From Myxococcota bacterium (GTDB lineage: Bacteria; Myxococcota_A; Polyangia; Nannocystales; Nannocystaceae): a DNA stretch of 64,000 nucleotides. The translations under genes and the position numbers were made by a program. Positions within the stretch are counted from its first letter, which is position 1. Every line of letters begins with the position of its first letter. The notes beneath the pieces are model-generated. The model was not told where the DNA came from. It ran no database searches and saw only the letters and a program-made list of their open reading frames with translations. Below are positions 33,066-42,392 of the stretch, piece after piece. The stretch covers positions 32,001 to 96,000 of the forward strand of contig JBCCHT010000001.1 of assembly GCA_039028615.1 (NCBI GenBank). Reading direction: 5' to 3'.

Positions 33066-35219
33066 CTAGGGCTTTGGCGGGGCCTTCGCGTCCGGCTTCG
33101 CGCCTGCCGGAGGCTTCGCGCCCGCCGGAGCCTTGCCATCGGGCTTCGCGCCTGCCGGAGGCTTCGCGCCTGCCGGAGGCTTCACCCCTGCCGGAGCCTT
33201 GCCGTCGGGCTTCTTCGCCCCCGGCGCAGCGGGAACCGGTCGGCCCTTGATGGTGGGTCCGCCAGCCTTGGCCTTGGCATCGCCAGCCTTGGCATCGCCA
33301 GCCTGGGCCTTCGCGTCGGGTACAGCCTTGGGCGCAGGCTTGGCATCCGCCTTGGCCTCGGCCTCACCCTCTTGCTCGGCCGCTTCGGCCTCGGCCGCGG
33401 CTTGCTCCCACTGGGCGCGGAGCTTGTCGACATGGTTGGCCTTGGCCTCCCCGGTGGGGATGCGGAAGCCGGACGCCGCGAGCCGACAGCGCTTCATCAT
33501 GCCGTCGGCACCGAGGCCGAGCAGCAGCGACAGCGAGGCGGCCAGCGCCAGCACCAACGGAGCACCCGCCCCGGGCACGTGCCCGATGTCGCGCTCCAGC
33601 GGCGGACGGAAGTACATGCTGACGATGAGCCGCAGGTAGTAGTAGGCACCCACCACCGAGTTCACCAGCGCGATGACGACCACGATCCGCAGGCTGGGAT
33701 CGGAGTGCTCGAAGGCGGAGCGGAACACGAAGAGCTTGCCGAAGAAGCCGGCCATGGGCGGCATGCCCATGAGCGCCAGCAGGCAGATCGTCATGCCCAG
33801 CGCCATGCCGGGGTGCTTGATGGCGAGGCCCGACCACTCGTGCGCGGAGGTGGCTTCCTTCTTGTCGCGACCCATCCACGCGACGGCAGCGAAGGCCCCC
33901 AGCGTGGCGATGGCGTAGCTCAGCACGTAAAAGAGTACCGAAGCCACCGCGGTATCGCCCGCGTTCATGGCCCAGGCGGACTCGTCGAGGCTGGCGATGT
34001 AGCCGCGGGTCGGGCGGTCGCCGTAGAAGCTGGCCGCGGCGACGATACCGACGAGCATGTAGCCGACGTGGGCGACCGAGGAGTACGCCAGCATGCGCTT
34101 GACGTTGGTCTGCCGCACCGCGGCGAGGTTGCCCACGACCATGGTGAGCACCGACAGCCACAGGACGATGGAGGCCCAGCCGTAGGGGTACTCGACCAGC
34201 CGCGGGATGACGAGCACGCCGACGAAGAGCTTGAGCAGCGCGGCGAGGCCACCGATCTTCACGCCCGCCGCCATGAAGGCGGTGGTGGGAGACGGCGCGC
34301 CCTCGTAGGCATCCGGCGTCCACATGTGGAAGGGCGCGGCGCTGATCTTGAACAGCAGCGCCCCGAGCACGAGCAGCACGCCCGGGATGAGCAGGGCGGC
34401 GGAGGCGATGCCCAGCGCGACCTTGTCGCGGGCCGTCTCGAGGACCGAGGCGGGCACCCCGGTGGGGTTGTCGACGAGCTCGACGTAGGTCTGCGAGGCG
34501 CCCCACTTGGTGAAGACAGTGCTGACCTCGTGCGACAGCTGGTCGAAGCTGGTCACCCCGGTGGCGCCGTAGATGAGCGCGATGCCCATCAGCAGCAGGC
34601 CGGAGGAGAACGCCCCCATCACGAAGTACTTGAGCGCGGCCTCGGGCGACTGCCGCGAGTTCCAGCGCGCGCCGACCATCACGTAGACCGCGATGGACAT
34701 GGTCTCGATGCCGAGGAACAGCGCGACCAGATCGTTGGCGTGGGCCAAGATCATCATGCCGAAGGCGGCGATGAGCACCAGGGCCTCGTGCTCGCCGTAC
34801 TCGAAGCGATGCGCCCGGCAGTACTCGTTGCCGAACATGATCACCGCGGCGGCGATGCCGATGATGGCCATGTCGAGCAGGAGCGAGAACTGGTCGACGA
34901 CCAAGAAGCCCGAGAAGACCTTCACGCCGCCGTCGTACTCGTAGTTGCCGAACTGGCCGAGCGCGATCAGCATGGCGATGGCCACGCCGATCATGGTCAG
35001 CGCCTTTTGATGGGCCCGCGTGCCAGGGCGCGCAAAGGCGTCGGCGACGAGGTCGATGATGGCCCACAGCCCGATGACCATCATCGGGGCCAGGTGGACC
35101 ATGTCGATCAGCGCTTGGCCGGACAGCGTGGGTCCAGCTTCGGCCGCGGTCGGAGCGGCGGCAGCCACGGCGAGGTCGGCGGGGACCTGTTTGATTGCGG
35201 GGGCGAACGCGAACATCAC
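33066..35219 (-). CDS. nuoN: NADH-quinone oxidoreductase subunit N with long Ala/Lys/Pro-rich C-terminal extension
   Basis: EAALKYFVMG, FKISAAPFHMWTPDAYEGAP, KRMLAYSSVAH and GMPPMAGFFGK. Confidence 0.96.
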   Translation of the reverse strand: MMFAFAPAIKQVPADLAVAAAAPTAAEAGPTLSGQALIDMVHLAPMMVIGLWAIIDLVADAFARPGTRAHQKALTMIGVAIAMLIALGQFGNYEYDGGVKVFSGFLVVDQFSLLLDMAIIGIAAAVIMFGNEYCRAHRFEYGEHEALVLIAAFGMMILAHANDLVALFLGIETMSIAVYVMVGARWNSRQSPEAALKYFVMGAFSSGLLLMGIALIYGATGVTSFDQLSHEVSTVFTKWGASQTYVELVDNPTGVPASVLETARDKVALGIASAALLIPGVLLVLGALLFKISAAPFHMWTPDAYEGAPSPTTAFMAAGVKIGGLAALLKLFVGVLVIPRLVEYPYGWASIVLWLSVLTMVVGNLAAVRQTNVKRMLAYSSVAHVGYMLVGIVAAASFYGDRPTRGYIASLDESAWAMNAGDTAVASVLFYVLSYAIATLGAFAAVAWMGRDKKEATSAHEWSGLAIKHPGMALGMTICLLALMGMPPMAGFFGKLFVFRSAFEHSDPSLRIVVVIALVNSVVGAYYYLRLIVSMYFRPPLERDIGHVPGAGAPLVLALAASLSLLLGLGADGMMKRCRLAASGFRIPTGEAKANHVDKLRAQWEQAAAEAEAAEQEGEAEAKADAKPAPKAVPDAKAQAGDAKAGDAKAKAGGPTIKGRPVPAAPGAKKPDGKAPAGVKPPAGAKPPAGAKPDGKAPAGAKPPAGAKPDAKAPPKP

Positions 35220-36967
35220 TTCTGTCCTCCCTTGGCGGGCGCCGCCTTGGCCGGAGGCGGGGCAGCGGGGGGTGGGGCACCCCCGGCGGCGGGCTTGGCC
35301 GGCGCGGCCGCTGGGGTCGCGGCCTTGGGCGCGGGCGGGCTCGCCGACGAGCGCTGGTCGCCGTAGGTCTCACCGATCACCGCCTCGGGGTCGGTGCAGC
35401 GATCGAGCAGCGTATCGAGCAGGGCGGGCTTTTCGGCCAGCGAGTGCCGGATGGACGCGCAGCGCTTGAGGTTGAAGCGGGCCACCGCGGCCTGGGAGGT
35501 CGCGTCGATGCGCTCGAGGAAGGGCTTGGGATACACGCCCATCACGATGATGAGGACGATGAGCGGCAAGAACACCAGCTTCTCGCGGATGCTGAGGTCG
35601 GCCAGCGTCTCGTTTTTGGGGTTGGTGATCGGACCGAACATCAACCGCTGGAACAGGAAGAGCAGGTAGACCGCGCCGAGGATGACGCCCACCGCCGCAA
35701 TGGTCACCAGCACGGGTGCGTGCACCAGGGTGAGCCCGCCGCCCGTGAAGGTGCCGACGATGATCAGGAACTCACCGACGAAGCCGACGAGGCTGGGCAG
35801 CCCGGCCGAGCCGAGCATCGCGATCATGAAAAACGCGGTGAACCAGGGCATCACCTTGGCCAGCCCGCCGAACTCGGAGATGAGCCGGGTGTGGCGACGC
35901 TCGTAGATGATGCCGATGGACATGAACAAGGCGCCCGTCGTGAGACCGTGGGCCAGGCTCTGGTAGGTGGCGCCCGTGAAGCCCTGGGTGGTCACCGAGG
36001 CGATACCCAGCACGATGAAGCCCATGTGGCTCACCGAGGAGTACGCGACCAGCCGCTTGGCGTCGGTCTGCACGTAGGCGACCAGCGCCCCGTAGATGAT
36101 GCCGATGATGGCCAGGATGGCGAGGATCTGGGCGCCCTCGCCCGCCGCGAGCGGGAACAAGGGGAAGGCGAAGCGCAGCATCCCGTACGTGCCCAGCTTG
36201 AGCAGCACGCCGGCCAGGATGATCGAGCCCGGCGTGGGCGCCTGGGTGTGGGCGTCGGGCAGCCAGGTGTGCACGGGGAACAGCGGCACCTTGATGGCGA
36301 AGCTGGCCACGAACGCCCAGAAGCACAGCGCCTGAGCCTCGGGCGGCAACACCAGGGTGTCGAGCGCCATGAGGTCGAAGGTCCACACGCCACCCGTGGC
36401 CTGCCAGTGGGCGACGGCCAGGTAGATGATGGCGGCCAGCATCAGGGCCGAGCCGAGCATCGTGTAGATGAAGAACTTGATGGCGGCGGCCACCCGCTGC
36501 TCGGAACCCCAGACCCCGATGATGAGGTACATGGGGATGAGCATCAGCTCCCAGAAGGTGAAGAAAAGGATGAGGTCGAGGGCGACGAGCGCCCCGATCA
36601 TTCCGGTCTCGAGCACCAGCATGGAGACGACGAACTCGGCCCCCCGCTTCTCGATGGAGTTCCACGCGCCCCAGATGCACAGCGGGGTCAAAAGCGTGGT
36701 CAGCAGGATGATCCACAGCGAGAAGCCGTCGACACCCACGTGGTAGTTGATGCCGAACTCCGAGATCCACGGCACGTTGGTCTCGAACTGCATGCCGCCC
36801 TCCCCGACCACGAAGTTGGTGGCCAGGGGGATGGACATCAGGAACTGCAGCACGCCGAAGGCGATGCCCACCCCGTGCGCGAGCTTGGTCTCGGCCTTGG
36901 GGAGCGTCGCCACCACCAAGGCGCCCACGATGGGCAGAACGAGCAGAGCAGTGAGTAGGTGGTTCAC
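35216..36967 (-). CDS. nuoM: NADH-quinone oxidoreductase subunit M
   Basis: GVDGFSL, FWELMLIPM, KVPLFPVHTWLPDAH, LVAYSSVSHMG and GFVGEF. Confidence 0.97.
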   Translation of the reverse strand: MNHLLTALLVLPIVGALVVATLPKAETKLAHGVGIAFGVLQFLMSIPLATNFVVGEGGMQFETNVPWISEFGINYHVGVDGFSLWIILLTTLLTPLCIWGAWNSIEKRGAEFVVSMLVLETGMIGALVALDLILFFTFWELMLIPMYLIIGVWGSEQRVAAAIKFFIYTMLGSALMLAAIIYLAVAHWQATGGVWTFDLMALDTLVLPPEAQALCFWAFVASFAIKVPLFPVHTWLPDAHTQAPTPGSIILAGVLLKLGTYGMLRFAFPLFPLAAGEGAQILAILAIIGIIYGALVAYVQTDAKRLVAYSSVSHMGFIVLGIASVTTQGFTGATYQSLAHGLTTGALFMSIGIIYERRHTRLISEFGGLAKVMPWFTAFFMIAMLGSAGLPSLVGFVGEFLIIVGTFTGGGLTLVHAPVLVTIAAVGVILGAVYLLFLFQRLMFGPITNPKNETLADLSIREKLVFLPLIVLIIVMGVYPKPFLERIDATSQAAVARFNLKRCASIRHSLAEKPALLDTLLDRCTDPEAVIGETYGDQRSSASPPAPKAATPAAAPAKPAAGGAPPPAAPPPAKAAPAKGGQK

Positions 36968-39324
36968 GGCTGACCTCCCGCGGCGGGCGAGTCGGGATTC
37001 TGAGCGGGCGGCGGCGTGGGGGGCCGGATGATCTGGCCCTGCTGTCGCCGGGTCGGCGCCGCTTGTTGGGGGTCCTCGGGGCCGAGCCGGAACAGCGGCA
37101 CGCCGAGGAACTCGACCTTGACCCGCTGCTCACCCAGGGTGCGCCGCAGGCCGATGTCCGGGTCGAGCGTCTCGTGGCCCTCGGCATCGACCTGGGTCAG
37201 GTCACCGCGGCTGATCGAGGGGTTGAGGTAGATGACGCCGAGCAGGATGGCGACGCCGACGAGCAGCGCCGACAGGTAGCGGCGAACGTTGCCGTTGTGC
37301 CAGCTCTTGACCAGGCTGCCGAGCAAACCGACCGCGCCCGAGGTGCCCTGCACCCCCAGCCCGTCGATGAACAGCATGTCGCCCACCTGGTACAGCAGGC
37401 TGCCGATGGCACGCACCGGCTTGACGATGAAGATGTCGTAGATTTCGTCGACCCAGTACTTGGCGTAGCTGGCTCGATAGAGCAGGCCCAAGCGCTCGCG
37501 GTAGCGGGCGGCGTCTTCGGAGGGGCCGTTTTGGTAGAGGCGGCGGGCGAAGACCCAGCCCGCGATGCCGATGCCCAGGCCGATGGCCATGCCCGTCAGC
37601 TCCATGCTGGCCGAGATGTGGCCCTCGTGGAGGAACTGGGACCGTACGCCGATCTGGAGGTCACCGACGAAGGTGGCCGACGTGGCCACGATGGGCTCGA
37701 GCCAATCGTGCAGCACGTGGGGGATGTGGAACGCCGCGGTGCCGCCCTCGGGGGCGTGCGGGTTGAACACGTGGGGCCAGCCGAGCAGGCCGCCCACCGC
37801 CGCCGCACCCGCCAGGATGACCAGCGGCAGCGACATGATCCAGTGCTCTTGGACGTAGTGGTGCCAGGTGTGGTGGTCGCCCCGGAACTTGCCCTCGAAG
37901 GTGAGGTAGTAGAGCCGGAACATGTAGAACGAGGTGCACAGCGCGGCGAGAGCCCCGAGCGTGTACACCAGGTAGTTCAGGTTCATGTCGCCCGGCGCGA
38001 ACAGCCCGTTGGACGTGTTGGCGTACACGTGCAGCAGGATTTCGTCCTTCGAGAAGAACCCGGCGAAGGGAATGATGCCCGCGATGGCCAGGCAGCTGAT
38101 GAAGAAGGTCTTGGCCGTGACCGGCATCTTCTCCTTCAGGCCGCCCATGGTGCGGATGTCCTGGTTGTGGTGGCAGGCCTCGATGACCGCGCCCGAGCCC
38201 AGGAACAAGCAGGCCTTGAAGAAGGCGTGCGTCACCAGGTGGAAGATGGCCGCGACCCAGGCCCCCATCCCCGCGGCCATGAACATGAAGCCGAGCTGGG
38301 AGACGGTGGAGTAGGCCAGGACCTTCTTGATGTCGTTTTGCGTGATGCCGATGGTGGCAGCAAACAGCGCCGTGGCCCCGCCCACGATGGCGATGACGCC
38401 CATGGTCATCGGTGCGAGCGCGAACAGGAAGTTCGTGCGCACGATGAGGTAGACGCCCGCGGTGACCATGGTGGCCGCGTGGATGAGCGCGGAGACCGGG
38501 GTGGGGCCGGCCATGGCGTCGGGCAGCCAGGTGAACAGCGGGATCTGAGCGCTCTTGCCCGTGCAGCCGACGAACAGGCACATCGTGGCCAGGGTGGCCA
38601 GCGGCACGCCGTACAGGGTGCTCGTGATGAACACCGAGTCGGGGCCCGAGGCGCAGGCGGCCTCGATCGAGTCGTAATCGAGGCTCCCGACGGCGTTGTA
38701 GATGATCAGCATCCCCAGGATGAACCCGAAGTCGCCGATGCGGTTGACGATGAAGGCCTTGCGTCCCGCGGTGGCCTTGGCGTCGTCGGTGAACCAGAAC
38801 CCGATGAGCAGGTAGGAGCAGACGCCCACGCCCTCCCAGCCCACGAAGGTCATGACCAGCGAGCCGCCCAGCACCAGGATGAGCATCGCGGCGCAGAACA
38901 GGTTCAGGTAGGCGAAGTAGCGCCCGTAGTCCGGGTCCTTCGCCATGTAGCCGACGCTGAAGATGTGGATCAGCAGGCCGACCCCGGTGATCACCAGGCA
39001 CATGACGGCCGACAGGTGATCGAGCACCAGGTCGAAGCCGACGTTCAGGTCCCCCGAGACGATCCACGGATAGACCGTGTCGACCAAGCGGGAGTAGCCC
39101 TGCCCCGGGCCCGCACCGACCATCGTCTCGAAGACGGCCTGGACGGTGTAGAAGCAGGAGAACGCGACCGCGCCGATGGCGACGAGGTGCACGATTTCCC
39201 GCCCGAGGCGGTCGCCGAAGCCCTTGAGCAGCGCGCGACCGAACAGCAGGTTGAACACCGCCCCCAGCAAGGGGAACAGCGGGATGAAGTGAAGGTTGAA
39301 CTCTGTCTCGTTCATCGGGACCAC
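36964..39324 (-). CDS. nuoL: NADH-quinone oxidoreductase subunit L
   Basis: GWEGVG, NRIGD, GKSAQIPLFTWLPDAMAGPTPVSALIHAATMV, KKVLAYSTVSQLG and HAFFKA. Confidence 0.97.
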   Translation of the reverse strand: MVPMNETEFNLHFIPLFPLLGAVFNLLFGRALLKGFGDRLGREIVHLVAIGAVAFSCFYTVQAVFETMVGAGPGQGYSRLVDTVYPWIVSGDLNVGFDLVLDHLSAVMCLVITGVGLLIHIFSVGYMAKDPDYGRYFAYLNLFCAAMLILVLGGSLVMTFVGWEGVGVCSYLLIGFWFTDDAKATAGRKAFIVNRIGDFGFILGMLIIYNAVGSLDYDSIEAACASGPDSVFITSTLYGVPLATLATMCLFVGCTGKSAQIPLFTWLPDAMAGPTPVSALIHAATMVTAGVYLIVRTNFLFALAPMTMGVIAIVGGATALFAATIGITQNDIKKVLAYSTVSQLGFMFMAAGMGAWVAAIFHLVTHAFFKACLFLGSGAVIEACHHNQDIRTMGGLKEKMPVTAKTFFISCLAIAGIIPFAGFFSKDEILLHVYANTSNGLFAPGDMNLNYLVYTLGALAALCTSFYMFRLYYLTFEGKFRGDHHTWHHYVQEHWIMSLPLVILAGAAAVGGLLGWPHVFNPHAPEGGTAAFHIPHVLHDWLEPIVATSATFVGDLQIGVRSQFLHEGHISASMELTGMAIGLGIGIAGWVFARRLYQNGPSEDAARYRERLGLLYRASYAKYWVDEIYDIFIVKPVRAIGSLLYQVGDMLFIDGLGVQGTSGAVGLLGSLVKSWHNGNVRRYLSALLVGVAILLGVIYLNPSISRGDLTQVDAEGHETLDPDIGLRRTLGEQRVKVEFLGVPLFRLGPEDPQQAAPTRRQQGQIIRPPTPPPAQNPDSPAAGGQP

Positions 39325-39351
39325 CCTGACGAGGTCAGCGCCATACTCGCG

Positions 39352-39654
39352 TCAGTCGCGGAGAAGGCTGAGGTCGTCGATGTCCGTGCCCGTACGGGAA
39401 CGGAAGATACTGACCACGATGGCCAAGCCCACGGCCGCTTCGGCAGCCGCGACCGCAATGGTGAACATCGCGAGCACCTGTCCATCGAGGTTGCCGTGCA
39501 TGCGGGAGAACGCGACCAACATGATGTTGGCGGCGTTGAGCATCAGCTCGATGCTCATCAGCACGATGAGTACGTTGCGACGCAGCATCACGCCGAGCAG
39601 ACCAACGACGAACAGGCCGCTGGCGAGGTACAGGAAGTGAGTGATGGGAACCAC
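39352..39654 (-). CDS. nuoK: NADH-quinone oxidoreductase subunit K
   Basis: [17 protein letters not shown] and [10 protein letters not shown]. Confidence 0.96.
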   Translation of the reverse strand: MVPITHFLYLASGLFVVGLLGVMLRRNVLIVLMSIELMLNAANIMLVAFSRMHGNLDGQVLAMFTIAVAAAEAAVGLAIVVSIFRSRTGTDIDDLSLLRD

Positions 39655-39683
39655 GGATGGTCTCCTCCCGTCTCGACGAGTGG

Positions 39684-40355
39684 CTAGGTGCCGCCTTCGT
39701 GTCCGCCGGCCGACGGCACACCGAAATCGGTCTGAGGATGCGGACCGTCGACGAGCTCCTCGGGCTCGCTGAGGCCAGCGGCATGCATGGCATCGGGCGT
39801 CATGCCCGCGGCCACCGCTTCTTTTTCGCGCTCACGACGGCTCCGCGCCACCACGACCGCGCCGATGACCGCCGCCAGCAGCAGCAGGGACACCGCCTCG
39901 AACGCGAACAGGTAGTCGGTGAACAGCCGGCGGCCGACGGAGTTGGCCGAGCCGAAGTCGCCCGAGGGATCGAGCGGAACCCCCGGCGAGATGAACTGCT
40001 TGGACAGGGTCGCCAGCAGGACCCAGACCAAGAGGCCTCCGGCCAGCAACAGGGCGAGCGAATACCCGAAACGGCCCACTCTCGAGGGCCGTTTCGATTC
40101 GGCGTCGCCCGATTCGTCGACGTCGAGCACCATGATGACGAAGACGAACAGCACCATCATCGCGCCCGCGTAGACCAGCACCTGCAGCACGGCGAGGAAG
40201 CTGGCCGACAGCAGCACGTAGTTGACGGCCACCGCGAAGAAGGTGGCGACCAGCCAGACCGCGGCCACGACGGGGTTTTTGCGGGTCACGGTGGCGATGC
40301 CGGAGCCCATGGCGATCGCGGCAAACAGGTAGAAGACGATTTCGCTACCGCTCAC
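39684..40355 (-). CDS. nuoJ: NADH-quinone oxidoreductase subunit J
   Basis: [24 protein letters not shown] and [16 protein letters not shown] at 40355 overlaps the nuoF stop. Confidence 0.95.
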   Translation of the reverse strand: MSGSEIVFYLFAAIAMGSGIATVTRKNPVVAAVWLVATFFAVAVNYVLLSASFLAVLQVLVYAGAMMVLFVFVIMVLDVDESGDAESKRPSRVGRFGYSLALLLAGGLLVWVLLATLSKQFISPGVPLDPSGDFGSANSVGRRLFTDYLFAFEAVSLLLLAAVIGAVVVARSRREREKEAVAAGMTPDAMHAAGLSEPEELVDGPHPQTDFGVPSAGGHEGGT

Positions 40356-41731
40356 GGTGCCCCCTGCCCGGCACTGGCCCCTTGGGCCGCGGCGCGCTGC
40401 TGAGCCACGAAGGTGCTGCTGCGAATCTTCGCCTCGAACTCCCCGCGGAACTTGTGAAGGAAGGCCAGCGTGGGCCAAGCCGCCGCATCACCCAGGGCGC
40501 AGATGGTGTTGCCCGCGATGCCGTCGGCGATGGAGGCCGCCAGCTCCACGTCGCCGGGGCGGCCATTGCCCTGGTCGATGCGCTTGACGACCTTGGTCAG
40601 CCAGCCCGTGCCCTCGCGGCACGGCGTGCACTGCCCGCAGCTCTCGTCGGCGAAGAAGTGGAGGATGCGCCAGCAGGCCGAGACCATGTCGGTCTGGTCG
40701 TCCATGACCACGACCCCGCCGGAGCCGGCCATGGTCCGCAGGGTCTTGCCTCCGCCCAGGTCGAACTTGACCCCAGGCTGGACCTCGACCTCGGCGATGC
40801 GCGTGTCCGTCTGGAGCGCGTCGAACTCGAAGGGCACGTCGAGTTCGTCGGCGTTCAGCAAGGGCATCGAGACACCGCCGGGGATGACCCCCTTGACCTT
40901 GCGACCGTCTCGCATGCCGCCGCAGACGTCTTCGATGAGCTCGCGACCGGTGATGGTCAGCGGCAGCTCGTAGACGCCGGGCTTCTTGACGTGGCCACAG
41001 ACGCTGACGATGCGCAGGCCACCCGAGCGCCCCACCCCGAGGTCAGCGAACGCCTGGCCGCCGTTTTCGATGATCCAGGGCAGGTTGGCCAGCGTCTCGA
41101 CGTTGTTGACGATGGTCGGCTTGTCCCACAGGCCCTTGACCGCGGGGAACGGCGGCTTGAGCCGCGGCCAGCCGCGTCCGCCTTCGAGGCTGGACAGAAG
41201 CGCCGTCTCTTCGCCGCAGATGTACGCGCCCGCGCCCCGGTAGATGGTGATGTCCAGGTCGAGGTCACTGCCGAAGCAGCCCTCGCCCAAAAACCCCTTC
41301 TCGTAGGCTTGGTCGAGTGCCGCCTGAAAGACGGGGTACTCCCGCACCATCTCGCCGCGCATGTACACGTACGCGTTGCGAACACCCAAGCTCCGGGCCG
41401 CGATGATCATGCCCTCGATGAGCATGTGCGGGTTCCAGAACAGGATGTGGCGATCCTTGAAGGTGCCGGGCTCGCTCTCGTCGGCATTGACGACGAGATA
41501 GACCGTCTCGGAGCCCTTGGGGACGAAGCCCCACTTCATCCCCGTGGGGAAGCCTGCGCCACCACGACCTCGCAGATTGGAGGTCTTTACTTCGCTCAGG
41601 ATCGCACCGGGATCCATGCGCACTGCCTTGCGAGCAGCGGCATAGCCCCCGTGCTTGACGAAGTACTCGATGTCCTTGGCCTCGGGGACATCGAAGTGAT
41701 GACTGATGATCTTTTGATCGAACCAGCCCAC
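40352..41731 (-). CDS. nuoF: NADH-quinone oxidoreductase subunit F
   Basis: GRGGAGFPTGMKW, NADESEPGTFKDR, GAGAYICGEETAL and ESCGQCTPCREG...ICALG. Confidence 0.97.
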   Translation of the reverse strand: MGWFDQKIISHHFDVPEAKDIEYFVKHGGYAAARKAVRMDPGAILSEVKTSNLRGRGGAGFPTGMKWGFVPKGSETVYLVVNADESEPGTFKDRHILFWNPHMLIEGMIIAARSLGVRNAYVYMRGEMVREYPVFQAALDQAYEKGFLGEGCFGSDLDLDITIYRGAGAYICGEETALLSSLEGGRGWPRLKPPFPAVKGLWDKPTIVNNVETLANLPWIIENGGQAFADLGVGRSGGLRIVSVCGHVKKPGVYELPLTITGRELIEDVCGGMRDGRKVKGVIPGGVSMPLLNADELDVPFEFDALQTDTRIAEVEVQPGVKFDLGGGKTLRTMAGSGGVVVMDDQTDMVSACWRILHFFADESCGQCTPCREGTGWLTKVVKRIDQGNGRPGDVELAASIADGIAGNTICALGDAAAWPTLAFLHKFRGEFEAKIRSSTFVAQQRAAAQGASAGQGAP

Positions 41732-41737
41732 GGTTTT

Positions 41738-42274
41738 TCAGCTCCCTAGCTCGGTTGGAACTCGGCCGTCGTCGAGCGCATCGAGGATTTCGTCGATGCG
41801 TTCGAGGTCGAGGTTCTCGAAGTAGAAGGGAATGTCCGGCTTACCGCGCTCGGCAATTTGTGCCACCGGCCCGTAGCCGCATGCCGCCAGGCATTCGACC
41901 TCGGAGAGCGTCACATTGTCGTTGTCGGTGGTGCCGTGGTTTTCGACGCCCAGTCGCTGCTTGCAGTGACTGAAGACTTCATAGGCGCCGGTAATCTGAC
42001 AGCCGATGTTCGTGCAGACTTGCAGGTGGAATCGCCCCACCGGCTTCTTGTTGAACATCGTGTAAAAGGTCGCGGTTCCGCGCACTTGAGCCGCGGGCAG
42101 CTCGAGGCGCTCCGCGACCAGGTCGACGACCTCATCGTCGACCATGCCGAACTGCTGCTGGGCGAGATACAGGACCGGGATACACAGCGCTTTGGCTGCG
42201 TTCTCCGGGGGGAAACGCGGCCACAGCTGTTGGATGCGAGCCTCGATCTCAGGGGAGAGTTGCTTGTTCGTCAC
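41738..42274 (-). CDS. nuoE: NADH-quinone oxidoreductase subunit E
   Basis: ATFYTMF and [2Fe-2S] ligands CTNIGC and CLAAC. Start GTG 42274 (ORF track gives 42325). Confidence 0.93.
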   Translation of the reverse strand: MTNKQLSPEIEARIQQLWPRFPPENAAKALCIPVLYLAQQQFGMVDDEVVDLVAERLELPAAQVRGTATFYTMFNKKPVGRFHLQVCTNIGCQITGAYEVFSHCKQRLGVENHGTTDNDNVTLSEVECLAACGYGPVAQIAERGKPDIPFYFENLDLERIDEILDALDDGRVPTELGS

Positions 42275-42392
42275 CTTAGGTCTCAGCCGTCGCGCACGGT
42301 AGGATGGTGCCACCGACTTAGTCAACCCGGGGACGGCGCGGTGGCCACAGGGAGACTCGCAAAGGCCGCGTGCGCGACATCGTTTGCGGGGT

